From Podarcis filfolensis (taxonomy: Eukaryota): DNA of 64,000 nucleotides. Location of the stretch: assembly GCA_964270895.1 (NCBI GenBank), contig OZ185439.1, one strand, 5' to 3'. The notes beneath the pieces are model-generated. The model was not told the DNA's origin and made no database searches. It was given only the letters and a program-made list of their open reading frames with translations. The position numbers were made by a program, and so were the translations under genes. Shown one piece after another: positions 36,740-47,883 of the stretch (position 1 is its first letter; each line of letters begins with the position of its first letter).

Positions 36740-37070
36740 GGTGGGGTAAGGGTGTGGAGAAGCCTCAACAATAATGAATTGGGATATCAAATATTGGGAA
36801 ATCAGGAAAGTAAACTTATTGGATTAAAGACAGGAAAAAACCTAGGAGGAGTTGGCAGGATGGATTATTTTGATAATAAAAAAACTATTATAGGAACAAT
36901 ACAGTTTTACAGCATATTGGTGTTTGTTTATGGATATGGAAAATTTCAGCAACATAAGCAGATTGTTGTATTCTGACTAATGATTAACTATTAATTTAAA
37001 TAATTAAGAAATTTATATTAGTTGGAATTTGTGAACATTGTCTTTTTATGGTTGAATAATTGAATTTTAA
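36740..37070 (+). mobile_element. Probable L1/Tx1-type ORF2 3' remnant
   Basis: AT-rich decayed sequence resembling the squamate L1 C-terminal ..W.D...PT.EEW...LDY region, followed by a T/A-rich tail. Confidence 0.35.
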
Positions 37071-37398
37071 GTAAGTAAGTGAAATTGCTCCTGAAGGGAC
37101 GTGGTGACAGCATCAGCATTGCTTGATTTGCTTGATGCCACCACAATATATTGGGTAGTGGCACCTACAGAGGTCTCTGTAGGCTGGTTCCAGCCCATGG
37201 GCCACTGGTTCCTATCCCTGGCTTAAACAAACCACAGATCCTTGAATTCAAACATCATGGAAGATTGGGGTCAATTTAAAACCAAAAGTGGATGTTTCCT
37301 GTCTCCTTCTCTGACGCATGAAAAGGTAAGGGGCACCAGCCTGAGACTTGTTGCAGCTCGTTCACATAATAGGAAACTGTGGCTTCCCATAGTGTCTG

Positions 37399-37716
37399 AG
37401 CCAGCATGGTGTAGTGGTTAAGAGTGGTGGACTCGTAATCTGGTGAACCAGGTTCGCTTCCTCCCTCCTCCACATGCAGCTGCTGGGTGACCTTGGGCTA
37501 CTCACACTTTTCTGAAGTCTCTCAGCCTCACTCACCTCACAGAGTGTTTGTTGTAGGGGAGGAAGGGAAAGAAGAAGAGTTTGGATTTGATATCCCGCTT
37601 TATCACTACCCGAAGGAGTCTCAAAGCGGCTAACATTCTCCAAAGGAGATTGTTGGCCACTTTGAGATTCCTTAAAGGGAGTGAAAGGCAGAATATCAAG
37701 TCCAAACTCTTCTTCT
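37399..37716 (+). mobile_element. Squam3-type SINE carrying an inverted 71-bp SINE 3' end (37571-37641)
   Basis: Head agccagcatggtgtagtggttaagagtggtggactcgtaatctggtgaaccaggttcg. The inserted segment is the reverse complement of a SINE 3' end; aaag is duplicated around it. Confidence 0.85.
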
Positions 37717-37893
37717 GAACTTGGCTACCAAATGAGCTGAGTTGAGATTTGAACCAAGGATTTCCTGGCTCCCTGGTTATGTGCTTAGTTACTGCAGCAT
37801 TCCAATTGTCTTCCCTGAAATGGGTCCACCATTAGAATTGAATATAACTTTTATTTTAAAAGAAAGTATAGACTGGACTCAATTTAGTTAGGC

Positions 37894-38028
37894 ACGCCTT
37901 TCTCAACCTTGGGTCCCCAGATATTGTTGGACTACAACTCTCATCATTCTTAGCTAGCAGGGCAAGTGGTGAGGGATGGTGGAATTAGTAGTTCAACAAC
38001 ATCTGGGGACCCAAGGTTGAGAAAGACT
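37894..38028. mobile_element. Palindromic hAT (MER5-like) MITE
   Basis: 38-bp arms (37898-37935 and 37988-38025) with 2 mismatches; degraded 8-bp TSD agttaggc/ggttagac. Confidence 0.8.
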
Positions 38029-38269
38029 GGGTTAGACAGTGCTCATGAGTCCTAATTTTGTGAAACGGGAATGATAATCTGCCTATCTTACAGGTTTTCT
38101 ACTGGGCATGCTGAAGGTAAACAAGGAACAGGAACAGCCTCTTGAAATGGAACAACAAATGGTGCCCTCTATAAGTCAATGAGCAGAGTACCAAAAGCTA
38201 GACAAGTTATTTTGGCACCTGAGGCAGAAATTCTCACAGGTGTCTCTTCCCATCCCTGGTAGTAATGTG

Positions 38270-38300
<31 letters not shown>

Positions 38301-38418
38301 ATCTCTCTCTCTCATCTATCTCAATTTGGTGGCCTTTCATGACACCCATAATCAGATACTTGAAGTGGACACTTCAGTCTGACTGAGCTACACACTTATA
38401 TTGCATGATTTATAGATA

Positions 38419-38660
38419 CAGTGGTACCTCCGGTTACGAACTTAATTCGTTCTGGAGGTCCATTTGTAACCTGAAACCATTCTTAACATGAGGTGTGCTT
38501 TCGCTAATGGCGTCTTCCACTGCCACTGCGCCGCTGGTGTGTGACTTCCGCTCGCATCCCTGGGCAAAGTTTGCAACCAGGAGCATCTACTTCCGGGTTA
38601 GTGGAGCTCGTAACCTGAAGCATTTGTAAGGAGGACGGTACATAAAATGAGGTTCCGCTG
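38419..38660 (-). mobile_element. Older Tigger-like MITE (related subfamily)
   Basis: TA|cagtggtacctccggttacgaacttaattcg...gaggttccgctg|TA; same orientation as 17407 and 50263. Confidence 0.8.
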
Positions 38661-38692
38661 TACACTAAAATATGTGTGCTGTTCTATATGCC

Positions 38693-38872
38693 CAGTGGCG
38701 TAGCGTGGGTTGTCAGCACCCGGGGCAAGGCAAGTAATTTGCGCCCCCTAACCCGTGGATTTGCGCCCCCTAACCCGTGGATTTGCGCCCCCTAACCCAT
38801 GGATTTGCCCTAACCCCAGATGTTGCGCCCGGTGCGGCCGGCCCCCCCTGCACCCCCCACGCTACGCCACTG
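38693..38872. mobile_element. Young 180-bp hAT MITE
   Basis: Perfect 17-bp TIR cagtggcgtagcgtggg/cccacgctacgccactg and perfect 8-bp TSD tatatgcc (38685-38692, 38873-38880). Internal 22-bp unit repeated 3 times (38737-38802). Confidence 0.95.
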
Positions 38873-39804
38873 TATATGCCCATGTCATATCTGTTTATTT
38901 ACATGAAACTTAAAGGATTAAATGATACTGGGTGAGGCAAGGAGGAAGGGAGAAAAATATCTCAGCTAGTTGCCTAGCAACTAGACCACATGATTTTTGT
39001 TCCCTCTCTTCTCTTAACTTCATGAGCAGATGAATAAGGAGTGTGTGTGTAAAAGTGGTGTCCTTCATGCATAATAGGAAGTGTGCTGGTTTTGGGTTCA
39101 TGCACGCAGAATGAGGGCTGGCATAAATCATAATTTTAATCTGCAGTCAATCAACAAGTTTGTGCAGCTATTTCAGGGCCACCTCTATTTCAGCAGCCTG
39201 ATGTCACCTTATGAAGGCATGCCCAGAAATTATCAATTTTTAAGAAAGGGCTGACCATGGTGCACCAAATAAGGGAATGTTTTTAAATTGCCATCTATCA
39301 CTGCAGGGAGGAGGTCCTCTCACTCACTGGTGGTGGGTAGCCCCCTGCCTGCCATTAAATTCTCTTCCTGAGCAGGCTAGCTGGTAGCATTGAGAGGTTC
39401 ATCACCGACTGTTAATTATTCCGGGAAGAATGTAAAAATATGGCTGTTGGCAAAACCTTAGCTGCGCATAGAAACCTTGCCTTCAGATAGCCTCCAGTCT
39501 GTGACTTTTGTTCTGAGCATGGGACTGAGACAGCACTGATTGGCATTTGGTCATAAATTCTTGCAGCTTGACAGGCACTCTTTTATTCCATTAATTTGTG
39601 GTCTTTTACAAGTATTGATCATGAAGTGTTTGTGACATGATGACTATATAACCTAATGGGAAGTGTGAGACTACTCTTGAGTGATTCTACTTAGTCCTGC
39701 AAGGTCTCTGGAATGCTGATGGGAAGCTGCTCATCTATTCACTGATACCTTTCCTGTGATGTCCTGCAGGGGTCTTCCTGTTCTATTTCCCCATTATCAA
39801 GACA

Positions 39805-39915
39805 GGTAGCCATATTAGTCTGCTGCAGCAGAACCAACAAAATCCTGTGGCACTCTGCAGCCTAAGAAATTATCATGGCCTAAGCTTTCAGGTACTAGGG
39901 CCCACTTTCTCACTT
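39805..39915 (-). mobile_element. Old Penelope-like element terminal fragment
   Basis: gtagccatattagtctg...aacaaaatcctgtggcac...taagctttc...ccactttc resembles reptile Penelope ends; hammerhead core degenerate. Confidence 0.55.
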
Positions 39916-40658
39916 GGTAGATACACACAGAGAGACACACACAGACCTGAAAGAGAGGGGAAAATATTTTAATACTAGAACCAAAATGCAAAAGGTATCA
40001 ATAGGTCTTTTACATTTCTAGGCAGAGTCAAATGTATACACGCTAACAACAAAGTGACCCATTTACAACAGTACATCTCATGTTAACATGCTTTTCATTA
40101 TTATGCCGATGGAACACCTAAATGCCCCATCTCATCTGAGCCCAAATTCGCTAATAAACTCTCAGTAGTTTTATGCTGCAGGCAGCCTTATTCTTCAGTT
40201 GTATCTGAAGTGCCTTGGCAAATCTCTCTCTCTCTCTCTCTTTCACACACACACACTGCCCTTCATCAAAATATCTCAGGGCAATTGAAATACTCTTCCA
40301 CCAGTTTCTGTATTTTAAAATGTCATATTTCTAGCCATTTATACTCTTACATAACTCTTACATTACTCTGGTTTTTGTTTAGCAGCAGCAGCAGCAAGAC
40401 TCTGTTGGTTGGCTATAGCATGAATCCCACTGGGAGATGTGTACATGACTAAGCCCCTGTTGGTATGACTGATGTTGTGAGGTTCTGCCATGGTGCAAAA
40501 ACATGAGGTTGTCAATGGCCATGTGCTGCTGTGTTTGGCTTGGTGACTCAGAACTTGTGCAGGCTTGGTCCAAGCAAAACTTCTCATTAGAAAGACGGCA
40601 TGAATGGTGAATTAAAATGCTGGCCGTCAGGGGTCTGAAGCTGACAGAGTCATGAGAT

Positions 40659-40788
40659 AAAACAAAAAATTTTTTTTCCTGCCAGTAGCACCTTAAAGAC
40701 CAACTAAGTTAGTTCTTGGTATGAGCTTTCGTGTGCATGCACACTTCTTCAGATACACTGAAACAGAAGTTGCCAGATCCTTCTAACT
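40659..40788 (-). mobile_element. Young Penelope-like fragment with 13-bp flanking direct repeat
   Basis: ccagtagcaccttaaagaccaactaagttagttcttggtatgagctttcgtgtgcatgcacacttcttcagatacactgaaacagaag, flanked by agagtcatgagat at 40646-40658 and 40789-40801. Confidence 0.8.
40719..40756 (-). ncRNA. Minimal type I hammerhead ribozyme (Penelope-type)
   Basis: Minus strand: GUAU CUGAAGA A GUGUG-CAUG-CACAC GAAA GC UC^ AUAC. Core boxes intact, stem II palindromic, stem I GUAU/AUAC. Confidence 0.75.
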
Positions 40789-40966
40789 AGAGTCATGAGA
40801 TGCTGAGGAAGATTGACTGGAAGGAAGCACAGACCTGTAAGGGGCAGGTGGGAATGCATTGCCCATCAGGCAAGTTTGTCTGGTTTCAACTTAAGGAGTA
40901 GAGACTTTTGCTAAGGACTGAAAGCTGTGAGTTTTTTGTTGAGCCTTTTGTTCTTTTATACCACAG

Positions 40967-41128
40967 ACATCATTCGCAGTGATATTGCCTTGGATAAACA
41001 GAAAGGCTGCAAGATTGCCCAGCACCCAGACATCATGTTGGAGCTACAGAGGGAAAAGGCAGCTCAGATGCACCTGGTTCTCCTCAAGGAGCAGTTTTCC
41101 AACACTTACACCAATCTCACGCTAACAG
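40967..41128 (+). CDS. HPSE2: Heparanase 2 exon 3
   Basis: Acceptor ttttgttcttttataccacag|. (D)IIRSDIALDKQKGCKIAQHPDIMLELQREKAAQMHLVLLKEQFSNTYTNLTLT. 162 nt, symmetric phase 1-1, donor CAG|gtaagg. Confidence 0.97.
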
Positions 41129-41659
41129 GTAAGGTTGCAAGGCCATCATGAGCCAAGGATCTGCCCTCATTGCTGAGACTCTGGTAGGACAAATTGCTGC
41201 TTGTTTCATGGTGAGAAGAGAAAGCAGGTGGCTCCTGAGCCATGGCAGCTCACAGTCGGCAGGAAATGTTACACAAATTAAAATGTAATCTAGAGTGTGT
41301 CTCCTCACTTTGCTGGCACCTTGGATGTTGCCAGTTTCAGAGTGCAAGAGAAAGCGACAATCTGACCGTGTTACACATAAACCAAAATCTGTGCCCAATA
41401 AGATAGAAGTCAGAGAAGGGGAATAAATACTAGGAAAACCCACAGTGTTTTCATTCTTCTGTTTGATGGTCTCATATAACAGCAATAATAGGTTGGGTTG
41501 CTTAACAGCTTCTTGGGACACAGACAGACCCCTGGATTTGATTCAAGCAGCAAGAGGTGATCTGTGGCTTTGAGCAGCGTTTTGATGCAGCCAGAACAAC
41601 AAGAAAAATGATTAGCACATGCCCTTTAAAATGAAGTGAAAAATAGCTGTTCCATGAGT

Positions 41660-42060
41660 ATTTATTTATTTAAAAATATGTGTATATAGCCTACCCTTTA
41701 TCAGAACTGATACCAGGGCAGCAGGGTATGACATTAAACAACCGAATTTATACATAAACAATAGATAAGCCCATAAAAAATACATACACATGGGGCAATT
41801 ATGAAAGGGCAGTATAGGCTAAAACAACCATTCACTTACAAACATTTAAAATTCCTGAGTGAACAGGTAAGTTTTAATATGGTGCAGAAATGATATCAAT
41901 GTCTGTGCCAGTTGGGTATGTAATGGGAGGACATTCCACAAATGGGGCATCACCAAGGAGAGGCTTGCCTTCAGGTATTTGGGTCCCAGACCATTTAGGG
42001 CTTTAAAGGTTGGCACCAACAAACTGAATTGGACTTGGTAGTGAGTAGGAAGATATATCC
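41660..42060 (-). mobile_element. L2 LINE 3' fragment
   Basis: Minus strand encodes TFKALNGLGPKYLKASL; (ttta)n tail at about 41660. Confidence 0.75.
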
Positions 42061-42391
42061 TTTTTCATCTGGCAGCACCTCTCTATATGTCATATTCCTA
42101 ACTCATCTTAGGTTTCTGCTGGGACTGGAGTGCCTCAATTTAAATATCTCTTATTACACATCCTAGGCATAAACCAGGGACAGTCATCCTCTCTGGAAGG
42201 GCCACTCTATTCTTCAGATAGTGATCTGGGGACCAGAAAGGTATTTGACTTGGATTTGACCTTTCCACATTCAAAGCCAAAGAGAGACATATCATTCAGA
42301 GAACAAACTAACACATTCTCCGTATGAACAAAAAACTAAAGGCAAGCTTTTTACCGCACACACATTGATTAAAATATGATCAAGTTACTAG

Positions 42392-42883
42392 TAGGGATGG
42401 GAGAGAAATCTTAATGAGAAGTTACCTAATTTTTACTTCCCTAAATAATACTTGAACTTATGAACCAACTGTCCATTGGAATTTTCGCTTTGCCAAATTT
42501 TGCAATGAAGTTCTCCATTCGTATGGTGTGTATTAAAATATGCACATTAGGGGGAGGTATGTCTAGAAATGGATGTCAGTGAAAATGTGAGCTTCTCATA
42601 TGCACAGTTTTGTGTGTACTTTTGTGTAACAGACATAGTTTTGCAACCAATTTTCTCTAATATGCTGCATTTTTATGTGTTAGAGAAATCTGGTTGCAAA
42701 AATATGTCTGTTATGCAAAATTACACACAAAACTGTGCATATGAGAAGCTCACATTAACATGTTGATCCTTTTTTTGTGAGAACATTTTTTTAAAAAAAC
42801 TGTAAGCTGATATGTAAATGCCAAGAGGTGAACGTGAGACTGGAAAAACAAGAGACCAAAACTGACAGTTTTGCCCATCTCTA
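42392..42883 (+). mobile_element. hAT-type non-autonomous element containing a 77-bp fold-back
   Basis: TIR tagggatggg/cccatctcta and degraded 8-bp TSD (gttactag/ggtgccag). A related copy without the fold-back lies at about 47120-47490. Confidence 0.65.
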
Positions 42884-45677
42884 GGTGCCAGTAGCTAGCT
42901 ATGTTGCTGGGTGCAACCAGCCTTCAGACGAGCATTTGGCCACCTGTGAAGTAAGCTCCCCTTTATTTGAAAAAAATAATAATCTGATGGGGGGCTGCAG
43001 TTTTTATGAGAGATGTAGCCCTCGGATGCTGTTCTTCAAGAGGCAACAGCTACTCCTGCCTTCCTCTAAGATGCACTTGGTTGAGAGGAGCGCTAGCAGG
43101 CCTAGCAGAAATTGTCTGACGACTTTCACCCTGGGCCTCTGCCCTAACAAGCAACACAAGTCTTTTTGTAGCTCTTTAGCACTCCTCAAAATAGCCGTGC
43201 AAGGATTTCAAGCTTTTCCCCCTCTCCCTGCCCTCACTTGCTTTAGTAGAAGGGATGCAGCAATTACTAAATTTGGTGTCCTTGAAACCAAAGCAGCACA
43301 TGCACTTTGTGTGAACCCAGTAAATATTAAAGAGCAAATATAAAAGAGATAATGGTCCAGATGGAGCCGAGTGGCTGTTTCTATTACGGGTGTTGTTTGA
43401 ATTATCCATGAAATGGGTCCTGGAATGACTGACAGGCTGTGAGGTAGTGGGGAGAGCTGCAGGGCACTCGTAAATGTCCTGCCTGGCTAGTGGGAGGACG
43501 GAAGAGAAGGATCTAGTTCTCCCACCTCTGGCCAGTGGGTGGCAGCGGAAAGCCCCACCAAGAAGTGCCCAGGTTTTCACCAGAAACGAGGCCCAGGTTT
43601 AAAAAGAATCCCTAGTTCCCAAGGTTTTTGGATGGGTGCTGAGTTTGTGTGACATGAACATCTATGCCAGCCTTTTGAACATGACAGCGCCCCATGCTTT
43701 GTGGGGAGAAAACAGGAGGCATCCAGGGCTGGAGGCTTTCCCAGTCTCTTGAGAAGACACCTAGCTGTGACAGATCCCCAGACTTGTGCCTGCATGATGT
43801 TTGGGCAGGATCCCTTCAAGCCATTTATCATTTTGTGTAACATAATCCCCTCAGCTGTTTATTCCCACTTGAGCTCTTGGAATCTCCCCTGACAACTTGC
43901 TTACTCTCCAGTAAACAAACTTCCCCCAGAAGGGAGGGTCTTCCCCTCCTGTGCTAGTCTGCACGGCAGTTTCAAAGAGGCCTAGGGCATTGCTTGCATT
44001 TTTGCCTGGGACCTAGCGCCCGAGGGGGCACCCGGTTATTGCAGTCTCTTGGCCTTTTAAAGTGTGTTTATGTTGGGAGGATAGAAGATTTCGGCTCCAG
44101 GTGCCTCTGTGAGGCAAAACGTCTTTCAAGTGGCAGGGCTGCACACAGCCTCCTTGGGTGAAATCGATGTAGCCTGATAATTGTTAGGAGGTTTAATCTC
44201 TCATTTCATAAATGTAACTTAGCTCTGTGTTCTTAGTGGGTAGAACATAATATTTACATATAACTAGACAGAGCCATGTAAATATTTCTCTTTCCTATGA
44301 TGGATTCTATCATTTTGGTTGTGTGTATGGGATGGGATGAGATGACTGGCTGAGGGGGCAATTGCACCTGCTCCTTCAGGATCAGAGGACAAATACTTGC
44401 AGGAGAAAAATGCATCAGGCAGGGGTTTTCTGGGGCAGAGTGAGGTGTAGGGAGTAAACTGTACAAGTGTCAAGGGGCCCCTACAGCATGGTGTGTTCTT
44501 CACACAAAAAATATTGCCTTATTGGTGGGTTTATTCTGCGTTAGTATGTTCCGTGATTTCCCCTCAATGCTACCACATTATTGCTGCCCAGAGCGACTAT
44601 AGTGCAACAAAAGTGGGACAAAAATAAACCAGAACACTTGTGGTATAAAAAGTTACAGGGTTTCGGCAGGAAATTACAGGATAGCCACTGACCAGGGGCG
44701 AACCGGTATCACCTCTCCAAAACATTCGCAGGTGCAAACAGTATTGAAAGTGGGGCCATGTGTGGCCACCCGAAAAGCATCATGAGCACAAATAATCATG
44801 AATGCACAATTAAAAGGATGCCTGGAGGAACCCCAGGACATTCACAGCATCACCACTTTCTTTATCAAGCCTTGTTTTGCCACCAGATGAACGTAGACTA
44901 CACAGCTGCCTCTGAGCATGAAGCTCAACCTCTTTCACAAATGGCATCTTCCTGATATTCCAGAGAAAATAACAAGCTACAGTAGTTAAAATGTGTTTTG
45001 TTATCCTTTCCAACTACCCTGCCTTGCCATATGGCTAAACAGAAGAGCAAAGATAAGAGGTAGATATCTGTGAAATGGCTGCGTTTGTACCTATGCTAAA
45101 GGCTTTGGATCAGTTTCTGACAGAAAATCAGCCTTCAGTGTGCAGCTTTTATTTGACTATGGCTTGATCACCTTTCAGCAGATGACAGACTGCTTTTCCC
45201 ACACTCCATTTTCCTTATCATACACCAACAGCGAGAATGATATGGCCATGAAATAGAGTAATTTAGATTATCGTCTTGCTGTGTGGCCTAGTGTAATGTG
45301 TTTTGAACCTGCCACAGGCCTAGGAATGATTGTGGGCCATGTGAATTGGCCCTCACTTCTCTCCCAAGTTAGATGCCCCAGTGCTAGTCCTCTGCCAATT
45401 TCTGAAACCTGGCTGTTTGGACAGTGTCCTATTTGGAATGCAGCAGAGCCAGTTTTGCTTGTGAGTGAGTGTCTGAGAAAGCCATTCTGGGATGAAAACA
45501 TCCCCTCAACTGGGACCTAGCAGAGGCCACTTATATTTATTTTCAGTGCTTATATCCCCCACTTCAAACAATTTTTCAAGTGCACTAGTAACATATTTCA
45601 AGTTTATCAAATACTGTAAACTGAGTATTTGTAATACTGTAAACTGTAAACTGTAAAATTTGAATACTGTAAACTGT

Positions 45678-45908
45678 AAACTACAAGAAAGAAGATTCCA
45701 CCTAAACATTAGGAAGAACTTCCTGACAGTAAGAGCTGTTTGACAGTGGAATTTGCTGCCAAGGAGTGTGGTGGAGTCTCCTTCTTTGGAGGTCTTTAAG
45801 CAGAGGCTTGACAACCATATGTCAGGAGTGCTCTGATGGTGTTTCCTGCTTGGCAGGGGGTTGGACTCGATGGCCCTTGTGGTCTCTTCCAACTCTATGA
45901 TTCTATGA
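45678..45908 (+). mobile_element. Young 5'-truncated CR1 3' end
   Basis: aaactacaagaaagaagattccacctaaacattaggaagaacttcctgacagtaagagctgtt...cttccaactctatgattctatga octamer tail. Confidence 0.9.
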
Positions 45909-47119
45909 GTATGAGACTTGCCGCCACCAATGGCAGAACCATGTGTGCTTACCCTACAGCTGTGACCAAGGGTGAGGAAGTGCAGGTGGAACAATGAAAT
46001 ATGGAACAATGAAATATGACTCAATGTAGCAGCACAGGGCAGGGAAATTTCCTTCTACTTCAAGGATGTGGAAGCTTTTTCAGCCTGAGGGCCGCATTCC
46101 TTTCATAGAGAAACTTCTGGGGGCCACCTGCCCTTGGTGTGTGAGGCAAAGGAGGCATGCAACAGCCAGAGGTTGTGCTAAAATGTACATCCTTTCTGTG
46201 GCTGGCTGTGGAAAGATTAGCATTGACCCTGCTTTTGCTTTCCATAGGGGGAGTTGCAATCACTTCCAGAACTATATTAATTGGGACTGCAAGGTTTCAT
46301 CTGTAGATTAGTTACTGATTAATTGTGAATTAATTGGTGGTGGGGAATCTTGTGCCTTAATTGGTGGTGGGGAATTTTGTGCCAGTTTTGGTTAAGTTTT
46401 GTTCATTTTTGAGGCTATTTTATTTCTGGTATGTTACCATAATAGGGAATGTACAAGAAAATATTAAAGGTGCCTGTTCTAACAAAGGATGGTAACATTT
46501 GCTTTTTATACTATGAGTTATGTCAACATACATCACTGTGTCAGAGAAGCAACAAAGAAGTGACATGCTTATTTATTTAGATTTAATCAATTAATGGATT
46601 AGTCAGCAAAAGCATATGAATAAGCAGCTCAAATTTGTTTTGTGGCCCCAGCATTTATCATGCTTGAAGGGACAAATTACTTCTTGGGGCTTAGACTGTG
46701 GATATGAAACACTCCCCCAGCACGTGACTCTTGGCCCCATGTGTGCAGACATCCGGCTCTGTGCCTGGATTGGAAGCCTCATGCTGATTTAACTAATCAC
46801 TTCCTTGAGAAGGGCAAAATGAGCATTTCTCTGCTCGTCTTGAAGGCAAGAGCCTAGGAGACCCTGCAGGGCTTCTGTTGGGGCTGCCCCGAGGAGGAAT
46901 TTACTGCCAGAAAGGACATGACCTGACTGCAGGCTCATTAATGGCAGCCAGATGTGGTGCTGCTGCTGCTACCATCCCAACATCCTGCAACTAGGAGTGC
47001 CTGCTGTGGTGAGTGAAAACACGGCTGACCTGTCAGGCCTCAGGCTGGCCATGTACTTTGCAAAGCCCTTGCCTAACACTAAGCATGGGAGAAGAATTCA
47101 GTGTGCATTTAAAGCCAGA

Positions 47120-47490
47120 TTTATCAAAACATAGCTATCCTTGAAAATTTGTGCTTGACTGAATGCTGTGATGCAGTTCTCCAACTAACCAACTAAGTAT
47201 TGCTTACAGAAATGCAAATATTAGGCAAAAATGTCCATGAAAATGAATATATAAGTGAAAATAATATACCAAAATGCATTGTATTGTGAGAAGTTGCTTG
47301 CATAAATTAGTCAAAATTGTGTACAAAAATGTGTTCGCTAGGAGAAATTTGCACAAAAGTGGTGAAGAATTCTCTTGTGTATTTTTTAAGAGAAAATTTT
47401 CAAATTGCTGCAGAAATGTGGAGAACTGAATTTAAGACTGAAAAAATGAGAAACTGAAGGAACCAACCGAGATCTTTCTATTACTATGTA
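47120..47490 (+). mobile_element. hAT-type non-autonomous element (same family as 42392)
   Basis: Shares aggagaaatttgcac...gaaatgtggagaactgaatttaagactgaaaaaatgagaaactga-type internal sequence. Confidence 0.5.
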
Positions 47491-47671
47491 ACACTTGCTG
47501 TCACTGCAAATATCTCATAGTCTTACGGCTTTCCCTGTGAGAAAAAGCTTTTATATGGAATTATCCTCCATGCATGCAGTGTGGCCCAGCTCTTAAGTGC
47601 TGCTCTTCCATGGTTCATACTGGGAAGAGGATGGATGGGGAGCCAACACAAAGGACGTTATTCCTGTTCTA

Positions 47672-47883
47672 CAGTGGAACCTCAGGTTGCAGACGTAATC
47701 CGTGACGGAGGCACGTCTGAAACCCAAAGCCTTCGCATCCTGAAGCGCCGGTGTGATTTGGCGCTTCTGCGCATGTGTGAGCCGCGAAACCTGGAAGTAA
47801 CCCGTTCCGGTACTTCCTGGTTTCCCACAGTCCGCAACCTGAAAACATGTAACCTGAAGCAGCTGTAACATGAGGTATGACTG
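47672..47883. mobile_element. Tigger-like MITE, distinct subfamily
   Basis: TA|cagtggaacctcaggttgc...gaggtatgactg|TA with a different, CpG-rich interior. Confidence 0.8.

Noticed and set aside
37399-37470. tRNA genes at SINE heads (also 8309, 9956, 16829, 63780)
   Set aside because: A/B-box-like heads continue into SINE bodies and tails and do not close a cloverleaf.
38737-38802. CRISPR-like array
   Set aside because: The 22-bp units are head-to-tail with no unique spacers, inside a eukaryotic MITE; no cas genes.
44014-44031. CTCF-like tagcgcccgagggggcac
   Set aside because: Only the 3' half matches; three mismatches in the 5' half of the core.
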